A stretch of DNA of 64,000 bases from Blasia pusilla. Taxonomy: Eukaryota. The notes under the pieces were generated by a model. That model ran no database searches, was not told the origin of the DNA, and worked only from the letters and a program-made list of their open reading frames with translations. A program made the translations under genes and the position numbers. Where the stretch lies: the NCBI GenBank assembly GCA_050084515.1, contig CM114271.1, positions 28,458,001 to 28,522,000 on the forward strand. The letters run 5' to 3'. Of the stretch, positions 13,405 to 27,621 are shown piece by piece (positions within the stretch are counted from its first letter, which is position 1; the number at the start of each line of letters is the position of its first letter).

Positions 13405-16400
13405 ATGCCTCAACCCGCATCGGCTCCCTGTGTGGAGACCCGTGGGTCATCTAGTTGGGATACTAAATGCCCATGTTGTCCCAAATTCTTCACTCGTTCA
13501 GGAATTCGGAACCACTTAGCGGCTAAACATCCTGACTTTGATAGATTTGGATGGGTGGTCCCTCCTGTCGACCATGAATGCTCTCCGGTGCTTCCCGCAT
13601 CATCGCCCCTTCCTGAGGCATGGGAGTGGTTGAGGTCCCACCAGGGCAGCATTATAGGTCTCTTTGAGACCCGTTTTCCCTGCCCGAGGTTGTTCCATAG
13701 GATCCCCCATGCTATTCGGGATGACCTCCACCACGCATTCCTCCTTCCCCTAGCTAGGATCGCTCTTGATCCTATGGATGAGCTCTCTTGATACCTACTA
13801 CTTCTCCTCCCATGATGATGTCTTTGTTACACCTGGGGAGGGGGAAGGCCGGTCATAGAGAGGTTGTGGCACGTCTGAGACGCTTTCGAGGAGGTGATTG
13901 GGAGTCTCTGCAGAGTGAGTTTGTGGCATTTGCCAGAGGTAGCAGTTCACTTGGTTTTCCGGCGGACGATCTTGTAGCAGCCAAGTTGGGACGATGTAGG
14001 ACATTGGGACGAGCCTGTGAGTACTCGTGAGTTGCACGTGCTCTATGCCCGATGGACATGGCTCCTTCTTCAGCTGTTACCATCGATGCCCTTCGGAGGC
14101 TACATCTTCGTCCAACGGTTGACATTCCAGCTTTTGCACGTGACTTCCATCCTGACACGACTATATTCCTTGATCCGTCCCTCTTTGCACGGGCACTCGG
14201 ACGTTCTCCGAGGATTGCGGCCGGAGGTTTGTCTGGTATGATGTACGAACACCTTCGTAATTGCTTTCCTTCCGAGGACACCGCTAGCGGCTTCTCCGAG
14301 TTGCTTCAGGCTGCCTCTCACCTAGCTCAGGGGAGAGTGCCAATAGCAGTGGCCCAAGTATTAGGGGCGGGGTGACTTTTGGCGTTGTCGAAGGAGGGTG
14401 GTGGTATCCGTCTGATTGCCATAGGTGAGGTGCTCTTGCAGTTGGTGAGTCGTACTCTCGCTTTGCAATTCCGTGAGGCTTTCCAGTCACATCCGAGTCC
14501 GCATCAGTTTGGAGTTGCCACGTCAGCTGGATGTGAGACGATTGCCTTAGGTTTCAAGGCTTGTCTAGACCCATCCAGAGTGGGTGATTCTCCAAGTGGA
14601 CGTGGAGAACGCCTTCAACTCAGTATCTCGGGCTACTATATTCACAGAGTTGAGGGACGCGGGTGGCCCCATGGCAAGCCTCATTCCCTTTGTGCAGGCT
14701 TTCTATGGGGCCCCTTTGGCCCTCTATTTCCACCATGGTCGATTCGAGGAGGAGGTCACGGTCTTGGAGTCTGCTACCGAGACTCGTCAGGGTGACCCTC
14801 TGGGTGGCGCGTTGTTTGCTGTGGCTCATTACCGAGCGGTTCTTTCTATGGTGGAGGCTTTCCCGAGTTGCATGTTCCCTTCGTTGGCAGATGATACTCA
14901 TATTGTTGGTCCTGGAGATCTGGTTTTCCCAGCATTCGAGCACTTTTCAGCACAGTTGGGAGGTGTCGGCCTGGCGGTGAAGATGGGAAAGTGCAAGGCT
15001 TGGTCTCCATCAGGCCTACGTGATGATCTATATTTACCTGACGGCTTCTTGCGACCTGTCGGAGGGCTTCGAGTCTTGGGAGTCCCGCTCGGGAGCCAGG
15101 ACTTTGTATCGAGTTTTGTGGCGGCGGCTCTTACCGAGGATCTTCTCCACGTTGATGATCTTACGAGGATTGGTGACCCTCAAGTCGCCTTTGGCATTCT
15201 CTCTTCTTGTTTTGCTCGTAGACCTGGTTACCTCACTAGAACGGTCTGGACATCTAGTCACCTTTCTTCCCTATATAGATCCTTTGATAGGAAGCTCATG
15301 CAGGTGTTTGGGGATCTTCTAGGACCCGGCTCCTTAGAGTGCCCCATGGGGAGTTAGTTAGTCAGAGAGGCCTCTTGGCCGATTTATTTTGGTGGAGTAG
15401 GTCTTCTCTCGACCGAGTTAGTGGCGCCCTCCGCTTTTTTAGGGAGTTGGGCCACAGTGGCACCCCTCCTTTGCTCCCAATTTTTGGTTAGAGATAGACC
15501 GCTACTTCTACACTACGTATCTCAGGTTGAGGATGGCTCTTTCCCACTTCACTCTTCACTCACAGCTTGTAGAGATTCCCTTCGAGTTGAGGCCAGAGCC
15601 GTTCTCCCCACTTTCTCCTCCTTAGTTACCTCCGGTCAGTCTGGGCTCCAATCTTCCTTGATGGAAGCCCACTTTGAGGTAGTTTTTAGAGGCACTATGT
15701 CTGACGGGAATATCCCCATGGAGGTTAGGGCCCGTATTCGCTCTTGCTCCGAAAAGGGGGCAGGCTCATGGGTAGGGGCGCGCCCCCTTCTCCCGGCTTT
15801 CTATATCGCACCACTTACCTATACCACAGCGATGCGGTTCCGCTTGGGCCTCCCCCAACCATCGGTGGTTGGTTCGACACACTGTGAGTGTCGCCGGAGC
15901 CGGGATCCACTTGGTGTGCATTTGGCACGCTGTCTAGTTGGGGGTGAGAGGATAGCCACTCACGATGCAGTGCGGGATATCATGTTCAGTATTGCTCGGG
16001 AGAGTGGCTTCCATGTGCAGAGAGAGAGGCACTACTCCATGCGGGATTCCCTTATTCGAGCTGATCTTTACATGACACGAGAGGCTGAGGTGGTGGTGGC
16101 GGACGTGGTAGTTACAGATCCTATGCGGGAGGCAGTGCGAGCCCAAGTGGTGGCCCAAGGGCGAATGCTACAAGGAGCGGCGGTGGCGGCGGTAAAGAAG
16201 ACACATATCTACAGTCGACTTCACGAGGGACACATCTTCATCCCCCTAGCCATAGAGATGTATGGGGCTATGGGGGAGAGGTTTGACTCGTTCCTTACGG
16301 ACTGTGCCCATCATCTCCAATCGAGAAATGGGTTGTCCTTAGCTACTGCGATTCTCTATTGTAGGCATCGGGTCTCCATAGCGTTGCAGCGCGCCCAGGC

Positions 16401-16524
16401 TAATGGGCTTTTGCGGTGGGCTCAGGTTGTGGGAGACGCCGACGCTAGAGGCCCACTTAGTAGTAGTCATAGCTCTCTTGTTGTTGCTGATATTGTATTT
16501 GCTGTTGGTGAGTTTCGTCGTTAG
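13405..16524 (+). mobile_element. CRE-clade-like non-LTR retrotransposon (C2H2 zinc finger, RT, CCHC, restriction-like endonuclease), disrupted
   Basis: CPCCPKFFTRSGIRNHLAAKH zinc finger; RT motifs GGIRLIAIGE, DVENAFNSVSR, RQGDPLGGALF, LADD, LRVLGVPLG; C-terminal CEC...HLARC, RIATHDAVRD, RADL...ADV, K..Y and FIPLAIEMYG RLE motifs. Several in-frame stops and a frameshift near 14570. Confidence 0.9.
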
Positions 16525-17413
16525 GGGAGGAATGCCCCCTTCTTCCTTTTCTGGTCTTGTTGTGGCCTTCAGGTTTTGACTCTTTGAGTCCCCCTCTTTT
16601 GTACTTCCGATGGGTTTTCCATCACACGTTTTTATCCAAGTGCATCATTTCAAATGGGGTTTCCTATATGAACCCTAAACCTGACGTTGGACAAGAATAC
16701 ACCTATCATCACAACCAGTCCCCGGTGTGTGGGCGATCAAGTGGGCACTTCATTGGGGTGGTAGTTAACCCTTTTTATACGGCGTTCGCCGGAGGGGGGG
16801 CGATCGAGTTGAAGTTTGATGGGATTGCCCACCCAGTGCAACCAGGGCGTCGAGTACTTCCAAAAGGACCCAACATATGCTGAAAAGCCGGTTTTATGTC
16901 TCCTCTCCTCGTATGCCTTTCCCGAACACGTTGCGTGTTTCAACGAGAGCTGGTACTGGCCTACCAGGTCCTATCCGGAGAGCAAGATTTTTGCGAGTCA
17001 GAAGGAATCGATACCAGCCACGTGGCCCTCTGAGGAGATGTGTTGGGGATTGTTACTGTCGTCCGAGGAGACAAGAATAAACCGGAGATGGTGAAACCAA
17101 TCCGGCGGTGGAATGTGCGCTCGGGGGACATTTAAGCGCACAACCGTTCCATAAAACTAGCCCGGTTTCAAGGTGTTAAACAATCGGAGAAAATTAAACC
17201 CGAACATAGAGAAGCTCCCTGGCATAATCCCAATTCACTGAGCTTTCATGCGCAAGGATTTGGTCGCGTGTGGGAATTTGAGACAAGGCATTGATCTCAG
17301 AGCCGCGATCGTTACGAGGGAATCGAGTGTAGAAGGCCCACTTGATGGAGATGCAAGTGATGCGATTGGTTGACTGGTAGCTTTTGAGGAAAGACACGGC
17401 TGCAGCACCATCT

Positions 17414-20400
17414 ATGGCTGTGTCTCTTTATGACACTCCAGTGTCGAGGTCAGTGAAATCGAACTTCCAGTCGGAGGCGAAGTGGGGATGGAGGGGTAGT
17501 TCGCACATCCTCCTCAGTCTACGGAAAGGGGTAAGGTCTTTGAAGTTAGCAACATCTAATGACGTGTAAATGTCCTTACCGTCACCATATTACGCTGGAA
17601 CGTCGTGTTTGTTTCAGCTTCCATCGCATTAAGTCATGATCTTCACCTCTGAGGTATATCACACCCTACGAAGCTCAACGAACTTTCATGATCCTCATAT
17701 CGGCCTTGAGGGTGGGGCTTTAGGCTTTCACCTCCTTTCTAGTGGGAGAAATTGCTTACGGGGCACCATGAAGGCACACAGCTACCTTCAACTTTACCTT
17801 GGAATGACTATGATGCAATTCGTCATTGAACTTGGAAGGTAGTTTGGAATTTGAGAGGAAAAGTACCAAGCGATGCAAACTAAGTAGAAGTGGAATCGTT
17901 GGCTCGTGATTTCACTTCCTGATAGAAATTTGATCAAGGTTTTGTTCACTTGTCTCTTTTATTTAATGGAGAAAGATGTATTTAGACCTATCTTCGGAAG
18001 TGATATTTTCGTGTAGCATCTCTGATTCTAGTATGCAGTTGAATGACCAATGAATCTTGATGTATCTATGTCTCATCCTTTTTTTTTTTTATCTTGAACT
18101 TAACAGGGGATTCAAACTTTCTCTAGGTGTGCGTCTTGCAGACTTAACTCGGGCAGTTTTGTCTACCAGCTACCATCTGTTCAGTTATCCCCGACCTGCA
18201 GAGATGGTAACTACAATTGACTTCCTGCAAGCAGGATGGTAATTGTGTTGATGACTGCAGGCTTTTAAAGAAATAGTTCGTGTATTGTATGCCAGGGATT
18301 TTCAGATTACTGTGTTGTAGGTTCCTAAATATTTGTTGAGGAGTTATTCAATTATCCCTTTACCTCTCCAACCATTAAGATTCCCATTCGCAAGAACTCT
18401 GATTGAAGATTTTTGTACTCACAGTTTTGTCCTGGAGATTCGGGTCTATCATCTGTAGTCAGGTGTGCTGTTCTAGGGAATCTGGGAAAGGTGAAAGTCA
18501 AACTTCAGGTATGTGCTGGGTTCATGAAAGATATTTCGTGGTACACAGTGATCAGATGTTCATTTCACCACACGTGTCTTTTTGCTCATTTGCTTAGTCC
18601 TGAGCAAGCCACATATTAGTTGGTAGATCGCTATTCATCATTGTAGATATGGCCGTGGAAATGCTGAGAGATAACTTTGAGGGTCTCATCTCAAAGTCTT
18701 GTCAAATGGCTTTCATTGACCACAAGGACCCAGACTTTGTCCAAAGGATGTCAATTGCAAAAATATAATACTATCAGTTACTGAAAGCTTAGTATTTCCC
18801 CCGGCTTTGTTTCCTCATGGAAGGAGTGTCTTTGCACTTAGGTGAAACTGTCAAATGTCTAACTTGGCAAATTTCTTACGTATCTCTTCAGTCTCAACAG
18901 AGGATGGAATACAAGGGGCGAATATGGAGAAAATTGTACATCATCACGGGCGAAATTTCCTTCAAAGACCTGAAAGGATTGATGATTCAGCAGATCTGGG
19001 TGAAGAAACCAAAGGCGTGAAAGAAAGCCAGAGTCTGCTACACAGTCCTGAAACCAACGATGGTCTAGCAGACTTTGGAGAAGAAACCAATCCCTCCAGT
19101 ACGAAAGAAAGCATCAGGATTGATGGAAATCTTGGGGAAGGAACCCGGTCTAGGCTTGAAGAGAGTCTGGGTGCGGTTGTAGTAGAGGCTGAAAAAGGTT
19201 GCTGAAAAGGTTGCAGAAGTTGCAAGTTCAGGAATTGAAGCTGTTGCAGAGACTGTTGAGGTGGCAGTTCAAACTGTATCAGCTGTTGGAGAGATAGAGC
19301 CTCCCGTGACCATTGAAGAACCTGTTCTAGACCATACATCGGCTTTGAAGACAGTTGCTTTCTGGGTAACTGCTACATTGAAATGATGCCTCTGTCTGCA
19401 CTGGTAGTAGGCGAGTGCTCCTTGTTTAAAGGCATGGAGTTGCTTAACAGTTTGCATTCATGAAACACTAGTCATAATGGCAGCACGATAAATGTTTAAT
19501 GTTAATACCCCACTTCCCTACAGGGTTAACGTTAAATCTTAATTCCCACTTCACACTATTTGAAAAGCACCTTGTAATAAGAGCTAAAGTGCAAAAGTGC
19601 AAATACAAATTTCTGCTTCCACTCCCCCCAAAGAGTCCAAAGGCACTGTCATTCAAAGAAGTTGACTCTGTTGTGGTTTAGAGATAACTAGTGTCTCTTA
19701 TAATAACGTACATAAGGAAACTACTTTGAAACCAAATAAAGTGATGGATCCGGTTAGATATCAAATATTGAATTCATCAATGGTCTTGCATGATGGAGTG
19801 ATTGTGTTCAGACCTTGAAAATGTTCAGGAGTTGACTAAGGGTACTATGGTAAAGAAGATTGCCATGACAACTGAATGAAGGGTATGGATATTTTTTTCA
19901 ACTGCTAGGGCTCGACGAAAGGAAATACCTGGAATAGAAAACAACAGAAGTATGCTGATGTGGATAGAGACGGGAGTATGCTGATACCACCTCCAGTATT
20001 GGATTTTCTTAGAAGTTGATTATGTGAACCTGGATTGCAGGTAAGTGCTGCTGTAGCCTTTGGAGGGCTTTTGGGCTTTAAAGAAGGAACGGGCAAGGCA
20101 TCTGAGTTTTTTGCTGGGTGAGTTTTTTGTTTGGCAGGCAATCTGATCTTTTCATTAGCAGCAGTGATCAAGACAGTCCTACGTACTATTTGAAATAAGT
20201 CCATTGTACCCACCCACATTGCCAAAGAGCAAGGGGGTCCAGATGCATTATTCAGAACTCATCAATTGCCCTTTGGTTTATGCGTTTAATTTTATGTTTG
20301 ATGATTGCAACAAAATTACAGGTACCTTTTGGAGCAAAGTTTGTCAGTTGACAATCTATTTGTATTCGTCCTCATCTTCAACTATTTTCGAGTACCGTTT

Positions 20401-23400
20401 ACTTATCAGGTTGTTGTTAATTTTTGGACCTGTTTTTCATCCTGTGTGTGTTTCTCATTTTTCTTTCGTGGCTTATCCAATGAAATAGTTGCTCTGTTAT
20501 GTAATTGTTCCGAGAATTTATGGTAAGTCATGGAATGTCACACCAAACCAGGACATGTCACTAGTATCTCACAAAGATAATGAACTTGGATGAATGTGCA
20601 GAATCGTGTTCTAACATATGGAATAGCTGGAGCTGTTGTGTTCAGAGCTACAATGATTGGTCTTGGTATTGCTTCTTTAGAGGTATGTTTTAATCTACAG
20701 ATTTCATTTGCTCATTTTGGTCAAGCCTGGATTTGAAACCAGAATTGTAAACCTTAAATACCTCTGAGCTTGATTCACCAAGTCTGTAGATTCTTAACAT
20801 TGGTTTTACTGCATGAACTTAAATGATTGAGACTGAATCAAGTCTCATGGTGTCTTGAGCCATTTCCCTTGCTCTATTGGTGTTTGTAGGCAGGTCCATT
20901 GCAGGTGTAACACTGATCTAACTGTGTGAACTGGGACTCTTTTTTTTGCAGAGGTTTGAAGGCTTGAATTTGTTCTTTGCCACAATATTACTGTTCTCAG
21001 CTTACAAGGTGTTTCTCGGCTTCTTGTATCTCATTTGAGCAATCATTAACTCTCAAAGAACTTGTCTATAGCTCATATTGTCATGTGCATTCAATTTCTT
21101 TATTGCAATTGCATTTTATGCATTTTTTACAAATCATCTCATGCCTTAGATATTGTTCAGGATTGAATCATGGATCAGCTCCAAAGATTGCTAAGTATTT
21201 AAAAAATACAAAGAAATTATCCCCAGTGCAGGATGATTATCTGAGAACATCACCTCTTTGGTTGCTGAGCGTATACATGGGGGATTCCCAAAAAAGTATA
21301 GTGCAAGCAGTTTAAGATTTGTCTAGAATTGTATGTAATTTGCATCTTGAGTATGAATGCTTCTGACCTTATCGAGTGGTAGAGATGGAGGATTGCTCCT
21401 CTTATTACTGAATAATATGCCTATCTAACTTGGATTCTATTTGCTATGTGGCTCCTTGCTTTATCTGCAGCTTTTCAACGAATCTGAAGATGAAGATGAT
21501 GACCTTTCAAATAACTTCATCGTAAATCTGTGTCGAAAATTCATACCTGTAACTTGTATGTCTTATGAGTATGGACTTTATGATCTAGAAATTGTTAGAA
21601 TATTGTGGTCAAAGAATGGAAGGCACTCAAATTTGGAATTGTATATTTGACTTTTCTGTTATAATTCTCCTTCCATTATGGGGATGAACAAATAATTACA
21701 CATGTGTTGACTGGCACCCGGTCTTGTTTATTTGTGCTTTGGTTCTCTATTTCAAATCTGATAATTTGCCATTGTTTGAAAGCTGATACTCATTATACAG
21801 CTAGTTACATTGCTGGCATTGCTATCTTGCAGCTACTTATGATGGGAACAAGTTTCTGACGACTGTAGGCGGCATCCAAAAAGTGATCCTATTTTGAACT
21901 CTGGGCTGGGATATGTTTTTCCTTGTTAAGCTTTATGTAAATTGTTAGCTGTATTCTCATGCATGTTTCCTACTTTCCAGTTTAGTCCATCCTGGACATG
22001 AAAACATCACAAATAAGTTGATGCTTCTTGGTGCATGTCTCGCCGGAATGGGTATCCTCCAGCTACTTCTCATAGGTTTCTGGCAGGTGCCAAAAGAGGA
22101 ATTACGGATGGCTTTCAATCGTTTTGACTCTGTAACTTTCTGTGAATTTAGGCAACACCTTTGCTGCTTACGTTAGTTGTGGTGGAGCTCAGTGACATCG
22201 CATTTGCGGTAATGAGATTTATTGGAGGAATTTCTCTGGTTGTGTAATGAAAGCTGCCATCAGAAGTATTGAGGGTGATCCGTGCAATCTATTGCTTCTT
22301 GGAGCTTCCGTGAGGAATGTGGAATGGGCTCTTAGCTTATTTGTCAATCAAAATGCATTAGTTCTTAATATAAGAGATAGGTGCATCATGCTTTGAGTAA
22401 TTGTACCTCTTAATTACTCTTTCGTGGAAGTTTGCTTTTACTACAAACAAGTCCCTGAGTTATTGTTTCTTGTGGACATCATTCTGCACGTGTAAGTGTC
22501 TTTGATCTGCCTCCAGATGCTCTAAACTAAAGAAATAGGTCATTCTCTTCAGGTGGATTCAATTCCAGCGGTATTTGGTGTAACAAAGGATCCATTCATC
22601 GTTTTCTCATCAAACATGTTCGCTATTCTTGGTGAGTGGAGAAACTATGCAGTCACTATATGACATTGGGATTTTTGATAGATATTTTAAGCTCTCTTCA
22701 GAGTGCGTATAGCATGTATATGCTTGTCTGATTCTAAAAGCAGTCTTCCGAAGTTTGCTATTCTAATTCTTTTCTCCTATGTCTGAATTCAGGGCTTAGA
22801 TCTCTGTACACACTTATTTCTGGTAGCATGGCTGAGCTGAAGTATTTGCAGGTTATTTCATTACCTATATACAAGCAAGTGACAAGTTTTGTGGAAAATT
22901 GGATTGACATGGACCTCACTGTTGTCACTGTTGGAATAACTATTATTTATCATTTCTAAGCTGTGTGGGTGGACCTGATAACTCCTCAAGTAGGCAGTAA
23001 TCTTGCATATTTCTTCCGAAGTATATCACCTAGGCATCATACATTTTAACCTGGGAAAGGGATAATTGCTCTAAATTCTGTTCACAGATCTTCTCCAGTT
23101 TGGTCATGGACTTTACTGGAGAAACAAATTCAGTACTCTCTCTTCCTAATCACTGTTCATGCTTCTTACTAAGTTTTCCTCAAGCTTCCAAAGTTAGGAG
23201 TTCCCACCGAACCTCTGGTTAGCAAGCACATGCAAAAGTTACAAATGTGAGAAATTTTTCGTATCCCAATTTAGCCTGAAATTTCATGTTGTATGACGAT
23301 AATTCTAATTTTGAGAGAAGGGAACTTTCCGGGTTTTACTTCATCTACTTACACTTCACATCTTGCCGAATGTCTGACATTACTTCTCTGTGAACAGCCT

Positions 23401-23965
23401 TCCGTCGGAGTTGTGCTGGGCTTTATCGGTGCCAAAATGGTCCTGGAATTCCTTGGTATTTTTACTTTGTGCTCTTTACAGTGAGAGACGAAACACCTCT
23501 AGATGAGTTCTAAAGCATCTTGGGATCTATTGTTGCCTGATTTGTGTGACATAAACTTCATAAATCCTTTTTTGTCTGTGAGTTTGACACTGAGGTTATC
23601 GGTTGAACTCAAAATGTGCTAACCTCGCCCGATATAAGCTCTAGAGTGTTCTAATTTTTCATGTACGTGACATTGCTGACTAATGAGGATGAGTTCTTGA
23701 GATTGTAATGAATCAAGGATCTGAGATGGCAAGCTTTACTCCCAGGGCATGACTTGGAAAAGTTATGGGTAGTTAAGCTTGGATCTGTGGAAGAAGTAGG
23801 AGGATCTATATTTTCTGGTTTCACAGTGGCATTGATATTTTTTACCTTGCTGTGTCTACAGGTTTTCATTTGCCAACTGAGGCTTCCTTAAGTGTAGTAG
23901 CAGTAGTGCTTGGCACTGGTATCGCCATAAGTCTTACTGACCAATCAAGCGAAGAGAAAGAATGA
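17414..23965 (+). CDS. TERC: Thylakoid membrane TerC-family protein (plastid-targeted), 15 predicted exons
   Basis: GT-AG exons read by hand: 17414-17530, 18107-18206, 18425-18508, ~18901-19365, 20041-20117, 20322-20409, 20602-20682, 20952-21008, 21471-21555, 21833-21882, 22152-22208, 22553-22631, 22793-22851, 23398-23455, 23862-23965. They give [89 protein letters not shown] and VLGFIGAKM. The first four exons are less certain, and exon 4 has an apparent +1 frameshift. Confidence 0.93.
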
Positions 23966-26276
23966 TAAAGATATGGCATGGCAGGGGAATTGTCATTGTG
24001 CACATTAGAAATATACAGCGTGAAGTAGAGCTCTATCACCAAGTAACACCTAATTCAAAATTAGCCAGATTTTTTCATAAATTTCATGATTTAAGACAAT
24101 TTTCATATCCATATTTTATGTGATGTGTCCTTTTTAAAGGCACAACGGCAAAGAAAGCAATGTCAATGTGTAGTTTTGGAAACTTGTTGACATGGCTTCC
24201 TTTGGAAAGCTGACAAGTTCATTTTTGTTTAACATAGTCTTATAAGTAGGAAAAATGGTTTTAGAAAGAAAATACATCCAAGAGTACACTTATTTACTCG
24301 CATTTCATCCAGGGCAGTTAACTTTGTTAGTTTTGCAGTGGAGGATAGATTACATGCTTGAGTAACAGGTTGGTACTTCATGAGAAATCATCCTGCAAGG
24401 AGAGTAGAAGTGAGGTTCAGATCTGACCTAAACGCTTTTCCTCCCTTCGAAGTTCCCTGTCATCCCTGATTATAATTGTGCTAGGCGGGTTATGTGATGC
24501 CTTACCTTTGTGGGCAAATCAACCATATCAATGACATAACCGGTCTGGAGTTGTGGCGCAGCATTTCCTGGTAAGTAGGTTTTAGCACTGCTGCTTAGTT
24601 GATCCACCATACCCAAGATCTGTATGTAATCAGATGGGCACGTTAATGGAAGCAGGAGAGCCAAGTTAGTTGAGTTTCAACAATGCGGGTGGACCAGACT
24701 TGGAATGATCTTAACCTAGACTAGCATGTAACTTTTATCGTGAGTCGATCCATCAAGTCCATCTTAATATTAGATCAAGTCATGCATCTCAATTCTATCT
24801 TGTCCTAATTTATGGTAGTGGAATTAAGTTTTCCAATCTTCTTCTTGGGGTATGGCCTTCTCCAGTTTCTTGGAAGGTGGTTAATTATTCACAAGTTTTT
24901 TCAACTGACTTATTAGATTTGTAAGTGATCAACTAACTAAAGGAACTTAGAAGACATGCTAAAGAAGGTCAACAATTCTTGGCCTCTCCATATCTATCTG
25001 AACATGGAGCTTCCCCTACTTGGGAGTATTAATTATTCACATACTAGTAGATACTTGCTTAAAAGAAATAGATACATCTCACATCAATAAGCACACCATC
25101 ACCTGAAAGGGGTTATGCAACCATTCCCCTTATTGGTGTTTTGGTGTAGGTAATCTTGTCAAAGGTAACATGCATAATTTTGGAGTAAGTTCAGGAGATC
25201 AAGTGTTCACTTGCCCCATTGTCAGCTACCCACTTGCAATGCATGCCTATCTATGGATAATGATCATCTAAAATACCTAACGCACATTTGGGACATAATC
25301 ATTATCCTCGAGGAATCATATCTAAAGACAGTGACAAGCACATCATATGTTACCCTAATGAACAACCTTCGCAAAAATAGACATGCATACTTAATATAAT
25401 GAAATGTATCAATTCTTGCACAATGTCCATTGTCTTGAACCCTCATATATTTCAAAGTGCCACAATGTTGAGCAATAGGTGCGTTCTCAAATATCTTAGG
25501 CCTGTATGTTCGAAAAAGCTTTGCCTAATGAGAACACATCTTTATCCACACATCTAGTTTGCATGGTTGTACAAAAACATACAAGTTTGTTTAAAAGACG
25601 GACAAATAGAGACAAGTTTGGACATATCAACGAACATAGATTATAAGTGGTGGGGCCCACACTTATAATTCATGGTGGAAAGTAGGCCAAGAGCAAGTGG
25701 GGCAACAAGGGGGAGGAAGATGGGATGAAGGGAGGATGAAACGGGAAAATATGGAACACGTAGGCAAGTGGGAGGAAAAAGAAAGAAGGGGAAGTTGAGG
25801 TCCCATGGAGAAGTCCTTTCATAGGCCAGACATAAGTCCACGGACTTGGACATGTCCGTAGACATGAATTTTTTTCACATACAACCTTACTAGTTTAATG
25901 GGATTGATAACCTTTGCTACATCCCGCCAAATTTTCTTAGGAGAATTAAGCACTCGCCCATATAATAGAAAATAACATAAATGGAGGCCAATGATGGTTG
26001 ATGACTCAATCGATAACCATGATAGATGTAGGTTCTAATCTTCCAAATGCCCCTAATTCAAGGCATACTTGAATAAACTAATCTTCATGACCATTTGCTC
26101 CACCAATCCACGGACTTCACGATGATCCCGAGGTAAATGGATTGGCGCAACGAGATTGAATCCTACAACAAGCCAAGTGGATGGTCAAATGCTTTCGACG
26201 AAGTGGATTGGATTGCTTGGATAGCTTCCATATCAAGGGACTAGGATACTGCACTTGGATATTTTCGGAACATAAT

Positions 26277-26632
26277 TGGAGGTCAAAATCTTGTGGGGGC
26301 CATATCTTTCTAGTAGAGTGTCATGCTAAGCTGAAATTTTTAGGAAACGTGAATGTTGAGTAGACGCCAAGCCCTCCAAATTCAAGCCAAACCGAGTTAT
26401 AGCGAAGAAGTTGTGTGACATCTGAGATTCAACTCTTCTAAATTTAAGGATCGGAGGTCAGAATCTTGCGAAGGCCATATCTTTGTGGTGGAGTGTCATC
26501 TCAAGCTGAAATTTTCATGAACAGGGAAGGTTAGGAGGCGCCCTAGCCCTACAAATTTAAAACCAAAATGAATTACACAGAAGAAGTTGTGTGACATTTG
26601 AGACTTTTCTCTTCTGCATTTGAGGATTGGAG
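26277..26632. repeat. About two tandem copies of a 175-176 bp unit
   Basis: The GGAGG(TCA.AATCTT) anchor recurs at 26281, 26456 and 26632. Homologous to 42764-43075. Confidence 0.8.
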
Positions 26633-26639
26633 GCCATGC

Positions 26640-27620
26640 AACATCTGAATGTATTGAATTCCATTTCATGATGACTACTCAAGATGAAGTTTTAAATCTG
26701 GTACAAGTTGTCTTGCATGAAGTGAAAGAGCTTCCTCAAGAAGTCAAGGTACAAACTTCTCAATTGAACCTTGCACATGTTCCAATTAGAGAGTCGAAGG
26801 CAATGCAGAAGGTCTTGAAGAATGCGATGAAAGATAGTTCTATTGTGATGATGGATCTTTCCAAATTTGTTGCGAATATTTAAGAGACGACATCATCATT
26901 AGAGACAACTGCAAATAGTTCAGTTGCATGAGGTTGTTGAAACTTTGGAAGTGAAAATAAAATCATATGTTGAAGCTGCAAAGATTGCCCATATTTCTTT
27001 CTTCCAAGAGCAAGAGGTAGAAAAGGAAAACCAATCTTCACGTAGGAAGAACGTGAGAATCTTAGGATTATCGGAAATAGAGAATGACGAGGTGAAGAGT
27101 GTTGTCACGAAGTTCTTGGTTGATACACTTGATGTTCAAAACTTGGACTTGGCTCAAGCTTTTCGCATTGGGAAGAAAACACACCACCTCATAGTATTTT
27201 GGTTAAGTTTTTTGATCAAGCTCAACGTGATACCACTTTGGATAACAAGGCCATTCTCAAAGGATATCATTGGATCCCAATCTTAACCCTCTACAAGGTG
27301 AAGCTAAGTGGAAGGAGCTTGCTAATGTCAAAGATGCTAAAGAAGCAAGTTTTATTTCTTTCTATGTGACGGTCAAGCCATCATTACTCCGGGGAAGAGA
27401 GACTCATAAACATAGTAATCCAAGGATATACGAGTCTTGATGTGGAATATATAAGGTCTTACATCAACATAGTAATCGCGTGCTCTGCATGTTTGGGAGA
27501 AAGAGGATATCTTCAATTTTGTGGAGACATGGGAACATGAGAGCAATACGATTGGAGAGAGAATTATAAGGGTTTACTTTGGTGGGATCAACATGGAACA
27601 AAAGAGGCAATGGGAAGGAA
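26640..27620 (+). mobile_element. LINE 5' fragment: ORF1 plus start of the APE endonuclease
   Basis: Coiled-coil-like stretch, then RRKNVRILGLSE and AFRIGK (LINE ORF1-like). Then RVLMWNI*GL...DIFNFVETW (APE N-terminal motifs). Interrupted at 27621 by a Gypsy terminus. Confidence 0.72.
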
Positions 27621-27621
27621 G

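Noticed and set aside
17414-23965. Bacterial tellurium-resistance terC gene
   Set aside because: It is split by GT-AG introns and has a long N-terminal extension, matching the nuclear-encoded plastid homolog.
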